Shown here: positions 14,978-22,211 of the stretch, piece by piece | Position numbering within the stretch: position 1 is the stretch's first letter | Layout of the letters: each line of letters opens with the position of its first letter | Source of the DNA: an uncultured archaeon | GTDB lineage: Archaea; Asgardarchaeota; Thorarchaeia; Thorarchaeales; Thorarchaeaceae | Length of the DNA stretch: 32,000 bases | Reading direction: 5' to 3' | Assembly (NCBI GenBank): GCA_964473825.1 | Contig: CAYYQL010000017.1 | Location: forward strand, 17,582 to 49,581 | Translations under genes and position numbers: made by a program | Notes under the pieces: generated by a model | Database searches by the model: none | The model's input: the letters and a program-made list of their open reading frames with translations, nothing else | Told to the model about the DNA's origin: nothing

Positions 14978-16429
14978 TCAGAAGAAATAGCTTCCGTAAT
15001 CTTCATTGGAAGAAGAGCAAGCACTCCTAGCAGAGGGTTGATGGCCCTCAGGCCCAATTCCTTGACAGATCTGTTCAGCTTCTTCAACGTGATATTCTTG
15101 AACTAAATCATGATGAGACTGAACAGCAAGGTCACCGGAAACTCGAATGACCCCACCAAGTTCCCTTAACCTGAGTGTGAGCGCATCACGTTTTCTGTCG
15201 AATTGCCAAGCCATCTGTTCTGCAACATCGAGAATTCTCTGAACTGCATCTCCTGTGAAGTGGGGAATACGCTTATCCTCATCTACCGACTGGGCAATGA
15301 ATCGCACCAAGTCATCTAAGGCGTCAGGACTCCTCTCTATCCACGAATTCAGCAAGATCTCATAGCCATATCCGCGGATTCTCGATCTTAGAGGAGGAAG
15401 AATGGATGGGAGGTCTTCCGGATTGCAGGATGCAAAGAGGATGAAATCGCTGGGAATGGCATCAATACGGACAGCAGCCCCTGAGCTCTGAGGATTATGA
15501 CCACTGATGGGATATTTCTTGTCCTGTAGCGCGGTGAGCAAATGCTTCTGATAGCCACCTAGTGAGGCCAGTTCATCAATGTACAGGATACCTTCGTGAG
15601 CTTCATGGATTGCTCCGGGGATCACTCGGCGATGGGGAGGAGTGCCCAAGGACTCGGCACCACCGTAGGGATCATGTCTGACATCACCAAGAATCTCAAC
15701 CACGCTCGAACCACTCACCTGAACAAAGCGGCTTGACTCTAGAGATACGAGAACGCTCTGATTTTCTTCTACTGGTTCTATGGTTCGTGGGGAGTCCGAG
15801 GCCATATCTTGTAGACTCACCAGAATAGAGTCATGGCCATCCCTCTGATATGTGACTTCTTCTGTTCTCGTGCCTCTGCGCTCAACAACTGTGACAGAGT
15901 CGGTTGCTCGTTCTTGAACTACATCAAAGACGCTGAAGAGGCCGTGATAAGACTCTTCGGTCATCCAGCTAGACCGTTTGGGATTTCCACAGTCCATGCA
16001 CAAATCGTGGTCAGGAGAAGAAAATGCACGACAGCGGGGACATCTATAGCCCATCTTGACTGCAACCTCAAAAGGAAGTGCATCGGGCCGGATATAGTGC
16101 CTTTTGGAAATCTCACGAGAAACGGGTTCTGCTACGGGTGAGAATCGACGGGCCTCGGCTTGAGGTCTCTCCGGTTTGGCAGGATTGGCAATAATCCATA
16201 TAGACTCCTTCGGTGGGGGAAGCAGGGTAGATGCAGCCCTCGCAAGCATAGACTTTCCAATACCAGGAACACCACAGAAGAGAACATGACGCCTCTGAAC
16301 TACTGCTGACTTTACAAGGCGAATAGCAGCGTCTTGGCCGATTATTCTTTCAAATAAATCACAGGGGACTGCTACTTCAGATGTGTTCTCTATACGAGTC
16401 AGCAGCTCACTCACTGTATCTGGCCTCAT
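14978..16429 (-). CDS. LonB-type AAA+ ATPase lacking both the protease domain and the membrane insert; zinc-ribbon insert
   Basis: Walker A GVPGIGKS. LonB signature block GDVRHDPYGGAESLGTPPHRRVIPGAIHEAHEGILYIDEL...LLTALQDKKYPISG...SSGAAVRIDAIPSDFILFASCNPE...PPLRSRIRGYGYEI. The insert carries CPRCRAFSSPDHDLCMDCG. The protein ends about 100 aa after the AAA+ lid, with no Ser-Lys protease domain and no hydrophobic segment. It lies 12 nt upstream of pelota on the same strand. Confidence 0.8.
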   Translation of the reverse strand: MRPDTVSELLTRIENTSEVAVPCDLFERIIGQDAAIRLVKSAVVQRRHVLFCGVPGIGKSMLARAASTLLPPPKESIWIIANPAKPERPQAEARRFSPVAEPVSREISKRHYIRPDALPFEVAVKMGYRCPRCRAFSSPDHDLCMDCGNPKRSSWMTEESYHGLFSVFDVVQERATDSVTVVERRGTRTEEVTYQRDGHDSILVSLQDMASDSPRTIEPVEENQSVLVSLESSRFVQVSGSSVVEILGDVRHDPYGGAESLGTPPHRRVIPGAIHEAHEGILYIDELASLGGYQKHLLTALQDKKYPISGHNPQSSGAAVRIDAIPSDFILFASCNPEDLPSILPPLRSRIRGYGYEILLNSWIERSPDALDDLVRFIAQSVDEDKRIPHFTGDAVQRILDVAEQMAWQFDRKRDALTLRLRELGGVIRVSGDLAVQSHHDLVQEYHVEEAEQICQGIGPEGHQPSARSACSSSNEDYGSYFF

Positions 16430-16504
16430 CTACCTTCTTCGTATGAGAAAGGGCCATGTGCTCGGTGATAATTGTGAGTAATACGCTGATTGCGTAACTG
16501 TCGT

Positions 16505-16546
16505 GTAAAAACAGCTGATAGAATGGCATCCAGGTAGATGCCATTC
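16505..16546 (-). terminator. 10-bp perfect hairpin followed by T5 downstream of osmC
   Basis: Minus strand: GAATGGCATC tacctg GATGCCATTC tatcagctg TTTTT, beginning 13 nt after the osmC stop. Confidence 0.55.
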
Positions 16547-16558
16547 GATAGGGGTGTT

Positions 16559-17005
16559 CTACTCGTATACTATCTCAAGATCGGTGATCATCTTAATACA
16601 AGAACCAACCAGACAGTTGCCGATGGGGCAGTTTTCCTTAGCAGTTTCAAAGAGTTTGTGAATCCGCTTCTCATTTGACCCCTCAGGAACCACAATTTTG
16701 GTCTTGATTGTGATTGCCGTGAAGTAGCTCCGAGCAGTATCTTCTTCTGTTTCGTAGTCGCCAACAATCTCCGACTCAAGATCCAGGAGCTCGATGTGGC
16801 CCTTTTCAAGAGCGATTTCAAAGACCAGATTGACACATCCGCCAATCGAGGCCAAGAAGAGTCCATGAGGACTGGTCGCACCTGGATGATTTTTGACCAT
16901 TGGCGGGGGACAGACAGCCACCATATTCGATTCACTCAATGAAACTCCATGAATCTTTGGAGTCGCTGACTTGCGAAGTTGCGCTGTGAAAGTTGAATTG
17001 ACCAT
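16559..17005 (-). CDS. OsmC/Ohr-family protein
   Basis: ...ATSPHGLFLASIGGCVNLVFEIALEKG...FTAITIKTKIVVPEG...ETAKENCPIGNCL has two conserved Cys contexts and a length of about 148 aa, both typical of OsmC-like proteins. Confidence 0.75.
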   Translation of the reverse strand: MVNSTFTAQLRKSATPKIHGVSLSESNMVAVCPPPMVKNHPGATSPHGLFLASIGGCVNLVFEIALEKGHIELLDLESEIVGDYETEEDTARSYFTAITIKTKIVVPEGSNEKRIHKLFETAKENCPIGNCLVGSCIKMITDLEIVYE

Positions 17006-17031
17006 TATGTTTCATCTCTTCAAAGGAATAG

Positions 17032-17049
17032 CAATTGTAGTTACAATTG
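17032..17049. promoter_or_regulatory. 18-nt perfect palindrome CAATTGTA-GT-TACAATTG upstream of osmC
   Basis: Located 27-44 nt upstream of the osmC ATG (17005), in the promoter/TSS zone. Confidence 0.45.
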
Positions 17050-17160
17050 ACTCGTCATTTCGCAAATCGGGCAATCAAATAAACGATTTGGATTGTGCCA
17101 TGCAACCTGTTTCCTCTTTACTACACCTTCTACAGAGAGAGCCAAGACAGCGATATTCGG

Positions 17161-18426
17161 CTACTCTATTTCATCGAATGTGATTATCTTCAAACTCGAA
17201 GGAGGTCTGTCGATATCAGCAACAGCAGCTGCAATGAGGAGTCTTGTACCTAGACCGCTTACAGCGTCAATGAGTCTTTGAGTGACGACTCCGTCAAGAA
17301 CTATAGCATCAACAGCATCATGGCTCTTGAGAGCTTTTGTCAGTTCGGACACGCCGCATTCAGCAACAACCTCCAGTGTATCATTGAAGAGAGCTGCTCT
17401 GAAAGACTCCTTGAGTTCATGTATTTTCTCAAGATATGGCTCTTGGACCATTGGTTTTTCGGGGGGTTTTTTCTCAGACTTCACGGGCTTCCGTTTCTCT
17501 GATGGTTTTTCACGCCTAGATGACCGTGGCTTGGTACGCGGTTTGCGACCTTCCTTCTTTTTCTTGTCAGAAGATGTCTTTCTTTGCACCAACGTCAGAG
17601 CTTGATCAGCAGGTATCTTGGACTGGAGAGCCTTTGTTATCTCACGACGGGTGAGGTCCTCTACTTCTTTTCCTTCGGGCGCCCGAGCAATGAAATCAAT
17701 CCTTGCCACCTGCATCAGCTCTCGTAGAATCAGGTCTCCGCCACGATCACCATCTAAGAAGGCGATGACTGTGTTGTCATTCTTCTTCGTGAGGTCTGCA
17801 ATGCTCTTTGGTACATGGGTTCCCTCGACGGCTATGGTATTTGTTACACCATTCTTCATGAGATTAATAATATCCGCTCTTCCCTCTACAAGAATCATCT
17901 CGTGGGTCGCGTCAAAATCCGGACCCGTTGGTAGCTTGTCCGGGCCGTATTTGGCGACTGTTCTCTTCTTTGCCTTGGTAACAGCCTGCGTAATCTCATC
18001 TGACCCAGGGGAGATGTCTTCTTCCCATCCTTTGAGGATGCTAATCGCACGACTGACGACTCTGCGCCTCTTAGCACCGCGGATGTCCTCAAGCTTGTCA
18101 AGGGTGACACTGGCTTTACAAGGTCCAACCCTGTCCACCGTTTCGATTGAAGCAGCAAGTATGGCTGTAGCGGTCTTGTCAAGCGATACGGGGATGACAA
18201 TCTCGCCCCTGCTACTTCCACCCTCCGAACGAACAACTATCTGTATTCTGCCAATCCTGCCTGTTCTCTGAAGCTCTCTGAGATCGAGGTCTTCGCCAAG
18301 TAGTCCCTCTGTCTGACCGAATAGAGCCCCAACAACATCAGGCTTGTCAACAACCCCGTCAATATCGATTCTGGCCCTGACGACATATTTCGCAGTGCTC
18401 TGATCGAAATCAGTTCCTATTTCTAT
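17161..18426 (-). CDS. dnaG: Archaeal DnaG primase (Toprim domain), apparently initiated at ATA
   Basis: The track ORF starts at GTG 18138 (VDRVGPCKA...), with Toprim ILVEGRADIINL...AFLDGDRGGDLI. The same frame is open for 96 more codons upstream, encoding IEIGTDFDQSTAKYVVRARIDIDGVVDKPDVVGALFGQTEGLLGEDLDLRELQRTGRIGRI...SLDKTATAILAASIETV. That is the conserved DnaG N-terminal domain. The frame is closed by TAA at 18441..18439, and there is no ATG/GTG/TTG before 18138. ATA at 18426 follows AAGGAG with a 6-nt spacer. Confidence 0.8.
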   Translation of the reverse strand: MEIGTDFDQSTAKYVVRARIDIDGVVDKPDVVGALFGQTEGLLGEDLDLRELQRTGRIGRIQIVVRSEGGSSRGEIVIPVSLDKTATAILAASIETVDRVGPCKASVTLDKLEDIRGAKRRRVVSRAISILKGWEEDISPGSDEITQAVTKAKKRTVAKYGPDKLPTGPDFDATHEMILVEGRADIINLMKNGVTNTIAVEGTHVPKSIADLTKKNDNTVIAFLDGDRGGDLILRELMQVARIDFIARAPEGKEVEDLTRREITKALQSKIPADQALTLVQRKTSSDKKKKEGRKPRTKPRSSRREKPSEKRKPVKSEKKPPEKPMVQEPYLEKIHELKESFRAALFNDTLEVVAECGVSELTKALKSHDAVDAIVLDGVVTQRLIDAVSGLGTRLLIAAAVADIDRPPSSLKIITFDEIE

Positions 18427-19170
18427 GCACGTCTCCTTTTAATTACTGCCACGTGCCCTGCCTATGGGGGCGATGTTTCTGCCCTGCCGAATCTTACGGA
18501 CTAAGATGTCCCCACCACTCCGGAGTAATGTGCCGCTGGTGTTGGCAACTTTTCATATGCCCGTTCTTATTCAAGAGATAATGATATGATAATCCTATGA
18601 GTGATAATAATCCCATGATCTGCTCGGCGGCCGCTCATCGACCCAGTTGCGGATCGCACAGTTCAGGCCCCGTGACAATGTAATGATTATGATTTGGTGA
18701 GTCTTGAAATCCGACCGAATGAATACGGTAGGACTTCACAGTTCCACGAAACTAGTTTCAGTATTTGAAGCTGTCGTTAACAACGAAGTGGAATTGGGCT
18801 AGGGTCTGCTTGGCGCCAATTGGCAAGCCTAATATTGGTACAATGACATAGATAGTGATGTTCAGCAGATAGCCCATCTTCGAGGGCGCACTGAGTTGCT
18901 ACGATGATGTGTTGCGCAAATGGTGGGCAACAGCTTCGAACACAACCCGTCATGACAATGTCTGCGAACCACAACGGACTCAGTTGACTCAGATGATGTC
19001 TGCGGATGATTCTTGGGTCACCCTGGTTTCGCACAATGACGGACAAGTCGATGCCATAAGAGCCCAACATGAGACAGCTTGGTGGAGGCGGAAGATCTTC
19101 CGGAGCGATGAAGCCGAGAGTTAGTGTGTAGGGACACAGGCATCGGCACTGTTGTTTTTCCTACAGAGTG

Positions 19171-19842
19171 CTATAACTGTACATCCTCTCCGGGCCTTAG
19201 AACTGTCACAGTTGTCGAAGGATTTCTTCTTGATACTAAGGATTTGAACTTCTCGGGATCGGCCTTAATTGCTGGAAAAGTATCGTAGTGCATAGGAATC
19301 ACATGTTTGGGATTTAGAAGACTGACAGCGAGTGCTGCCTGCTCCTCGTCCATTACGTAGTACGAACCAATGGGTAGAAGAGCTACATCTGGTGAGTAGA
19401 GTTCGCCAATGAGGCTCATGCTCGAGAAAACACCTGTGTCGCCTGCATGATAGAATGAACCATCTCGAAAAGATACAACGAATCCGGTTGGTGCACCAGT
19501 ACCACAGGAATGGAATGCTTGAACAAGTGTAATTTTGATGTCCTCTATTTCAACACTTCCGCCAATGTTCAGCGTATGAACATTCTGCAGACCGTTCTCC
19601 TCTTTCGCCTTGATGCCAAGTTCATTGATTGCAACGAAGTAGGCACCGGTCTTCTTACAGATTCTCAAAGCCTCAGCAAATCCATGGTCGCCATGATCAT
19701 GCGTGACAAGCACAACATCTGCATCTTCTATGTCATCGGTGGTGATGGGGGAGGTTGGACCATCAAGCCAAGGGTCAACGAAGACCGTCTTCCCTTCTGA
19801 TTCTATTTTGAAAGAAGAATGACCAAGATATGTGAATTTCAT
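19171..19842 (-). CDS. Metallo-beta-lactamase-fold metal-dependent hydrolase (UPF0173-like)
   Basis: MKFTYLGHSSFKIESEGKTVFVDPWL...VVLVTHDHGDHG carries the HxHxDH motif. ATG 19842 is preceded by AAGGAG. The track ORF starts 12 codons earlier at TTG 19878. Confidence 0.8.
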   Translation of the reverse strand: MKFTYLGHSSFKIESEGKTVFVDPWLDGPTSPITTDDIEDADVVLVTHDHGDHGFAEALRICKKTGAYFVAINELGIKAKEENGLQNVHTLNIGGSVEIEDIKITLVQAFHSCGTGAPTGFVVSFRDGSFYHAGDTGVFSSMSLIGELYSPDVALLPIGSYYVMDEEQAALAVSLLNPKHVIPMHYDTFPAIKADPEKFKSLVSRRNPSTTVTVLRPGEDVQL

Positions 19843-19978
19843 AATCAACAATCTCCTTGACTGAGAGAATACTGGCAAAGAACATTTACTTTTCGATAGC
19901 GTAAGGTGATCTATACCAAGAATGTCAAGAGCAACAACTTAAGTCGAAATATGAGTGAGTAAAGAATCGAGTCTACCC

Positions 19979-20884
19979 ATGACCGTACGACCACATCCGG
20001 ATTTGCTACAGGCAGGAAAGATTGCGTCCAAGGTGATATCTGAGATAGCCAAAGAGGCTAAGCCAGGCGTTAGCGTGCTCAGATTATGCCAGATGGCAGA
20101 AAGCAAGACCATCGAGTATGGTGCAACAGGTCATGCCTTTCCCTGCAATATATCAACTAATGAAGAGGCGGCCCATTATACAAGCCCTGAAGGAGACCTA
20201 CGGGTCTTGCCCGATAGGGGGCTCGTAAAGATTGACCTTGGAACCCATGTGAATGGTCATCTGTCTGACACAGCACTTACGGTAGATATGGACGGTTCTT
20301 ATTCTGACTTTATCAGCGCGGTACAGAATGCGTTGATTGCTGCCATCGATTTAGTCAGACCTGGATCTAGATTGGGAACTATCGGAGCAGCTATCGAGAC
20401 AGCTATAAGAAAAGAAGGCCTGAATCCTGTATACCAGCTCTCAGGTCATCAGATGAAACCATGGGTATTACATGCTGGAAAGAACATACCAAATGTGAGA
20501 ACAACGGGATCTGAGAGAGTGCAGAAGGGAGAGATATACGCGATTGAACCATTTGCGACTGATGGAGTTGGTTCAATAAAGGTAGGAGAAGAGGTCTATA
20601 TCTTCTCCAATGTTTCGAAGACGAAACGTAAACTCAATCGTCCGGACAGGCAGCTTTGCAGCACTCTGAGAAAACGATTCAGAAGCCTGCCTTTCGCGTC
20701 AAGATGGATCAGGATGAATGATGATATACGTGCATCATTCCGAAGGCTGCTTCAGGCAGGAGTGATTCGAGGGTATCCGGTTCTGATTGAGGGGGAAAAG
20801 GGGATGGTTGCTCAATGGGAACACACTGTGTTCGTAGGAGAAGACAGGACCATGGTTACCACAAAGCAGGGAAATAGCCCATAG
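19979..20884 (+). CDS. map: Methionine aminopeptidase, type 2 (archaeal), paralogue 1
   Basis: All five metal ligands are in context: KIDLG, LSDTA, LSGH, YAIEPF, AQWEHT. There is also the AAHY motif. The start is ATG 19979 (MTVRPHPDLLQAGKIASKV); the track start GTG 19955 is possible. Confidence 0.88.
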   Translation: MTVRPHPDLLQAGKIASKVISEIAKEAKPGVSVLRLCQMAESKTIEYGATGHAFPCNISTNEEAAHYTSPEGDLRVLPDRGLVKIDLGTHVNGHLSDTALTVDMDGSYSDFISAVQNALIAAIDLVRPGSRLGTIGAAIETAIRKEGLNPVYQLSGHQMKPWVLHAGKNIPNVRTTGSERVQKGEIYAIEPFATDGVGSIKVGEEVYIFSNVSKTKRKLNRPDRQLCSTLRKRFRSLPFASRWIRMNDDIRASFRRLLQAGVIRGYPVLIEGEKGMVAQWEHTVFVGEDRTMVTTKQGNSP

Positions 20885-20939
20885 GCCAAGATGGAACCTC
20901 TTAAGAAGTCTGAATTGCAGAATCCAGTCTGGTGACTTC

Positions 20940-21839
20940 ATGCAGGATAAACCAAATCCACTGAGTGTGAAGGCTGGAAGGATTGCTGCAAGAGTACTGC
21001 AGGAAACTTGTGAAATGGTTGAACCAGGGAAGAAAGTGATAGCCATATGCAGTGAGGCAGAAAGGCGCATTATCAAACTGGGCGCGAAGCCTGCCTTTCC
21101 CTGCAACGTCTCGATAAATCATATTGCTGCTCACTATACCGCCCCAAAGGGTGATAGAACGGTTATTCCAGAGTTTGGTCTTGTAAAGATCGATCTTGGG
21201 GCTCACATTGACGGACATATTGCGGATACCGCGCGAACAGTAGATATTGACGGGTCTCTTGAGGGAATGGTAGCAGCGACCGATGATGCTTTACAAGAGG
21301 CAATCAAAGCCATTGAGGTGGGTATGAAGGTCAGCATGATAGGGCAGGTAATAGAGCGCGTAATTGATGCCTATGGGCTACGACCTGTGAAGGAGCTTAC
21401 AGGACATAATCTGAAGCGATTCAATCTTCATGCGGGGAAGAAGATTCCGAATATAAGGAATCGCGATTCAACAAGAATCGAACAGGGAGAATACTATGCA
21501 ATAGAGCCCTTTGCTACCAGTGGAAGAAGTATAGATCAGAGCAAAAACATCTACATTTTCGCAAATACATCATCGGATAGACCAGTAGACAATGAGGTGG
21601 CTGAAAAACTTCGCCTGCATCTAAGAAAGCGATATGGCCCGTTCCCTTTCGCATCAAGATGGGTGGGATCGACAGATGATAAGATTGACATCATGAGCGA
21701 GTTTCGGATTCTTCTGAAGAAGAGGGCTATCAAAGGGTACCCCGTTCTTGTCGAAAAAAAAGAACGTCCTGTAAGTCAGTCAGAGCATACCGTCTACATT
21801 TCAGAAGAGGGGGCAATCCCATTGACCAAACTAGATTAG
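20940..21839 (+). CDS. map: Methionine aminopeptidase, type 2 (archaeal), paralogue 2
   Basis: Ligand contexts KIDLG, IADTA, LTGH, YAIEPF and SQSEHT are all intact. It is closer to the canonical Pyrococcus-type sequence (KPAFPCNVSINHIAAHYT, HIDGHIADTA). Confidence 0.9.
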   Translation: MQDKPNPLSVKAGRIAARVLQETCEMVEPGKKVIAICSEAERRIIKLGAKPAFPCNVSINHIAAHYTAPKGDRTVIPEFGLVKIDLGAHIDGHIADTARTVDIDGSLEGMVAATDDALQEAIKAIEVGMKVSMIGQVIERVIDAYGLRPVKELTGHNLKRFNLHAGKKIPNIRNRDSTRIEQGEYYAIEPFATSGRSIDQSKNIYIFANTSSDRPVDNEVAEKLRLHLRKRYGPFPFASRWVGSTDDKIDIMSEFRILLKKRAIKGYPVLVEKKERPVSQSEHTVYISEEGAIPLTKLD

Positions 21840-22207
21840 ATGTTGATTTCTTCTTCTTTCTCTCTGACTATGTAGATGCCTTGAATGGTCATTGAACCCT
21901 CACATTTGGGGCAGGCGGCGTCAATAGGCTTAAGGATATAGTCGGTGTCTTCAAAATCACGGAGTTCCTTGAAATCGCAGTCCGAATTGTCACAGACAAT
22001 CTCCGTCACTGTAGGTGGAGGTGGCTCGGGAACTTCAGGTTCCTTTCCACCGCTGATGAGTCCGAAACCAATTGACATCACGACCATTCCTATTAGGAAC
22101 CAGATGAATGAATACGAGGGATCACTGTTCATCCCCCAGAAGAGAATCACAGCGCCTGCTCCAGTGATGATTAATCCGATTACTCTAGATATAATACCCA
22201 TTTTCAA
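21836..22207 (-). CDS. Small membrane protein (2 TM) with cytoplasmic zinc-ribbon-like C-terminus
   Basis: Two hydrophobic helices (IISRVIGLIITGAGAVILFWG; FIWFLIGMVVMSIGFGLI), a Pro-rich linker, then CDNSDC...CPKC. It starts 5 nt after the stop of the DUF1512-like gene. Confidence 0.55.
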   Translation of the reverse strand: MKMGIISRVIGLIITGAGAVILFWGMNSDPSYSFIWFLIGMVVMSIGFGLISGGKEPEVPEPPPPTVTEIVCDNSDCDFKELRDFEDTDYILKPIDAACPKCEGSMTIQGIYIVREKEEEINI

Positions 22208-22211
22208 AACC

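Noticed and set aside
17618-18271. Plus-strand ORF of 217 aa
   Set aside because: It lies antisense to the conserved DnaG Toprim region. The product is extremely Ser/Arg-rich, so it is a shadow ORF.
18748-18759. Replication origin idea: palindrome GAAACTAGTTTC next to GTTCCACGAAAC (faint ORB resemblance) and a nearby AT-rich tract
   Set aside because: There is only one ORB-like element, no inverted pair flanking the AT-rich tract, and no orc1/cdc6 gene in the window. This is insufficient to call an origin.
19057-19068. TAAGAGCCCAAC resembling the RNase P RNA GGTAAGAGCCCACC block
   Set aside because: The other universally conserved RNase P elements were not found on either strand. These are the P4 strands GAGGAAAGTCC and ACAGAA...GGCTTA, and GTGAAACGG.
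18777-19124. ORFs 18777..19070 (minus, 97 aa) and 18909..19124 (plus, 71 aa) as genes
   Set aside because: They overlap each other. Both have Cys/His/Trp/Arg-rich compositions atypical of the real proteins in this window, no SD and no motifs. The region is treated as non-coding (see findings).
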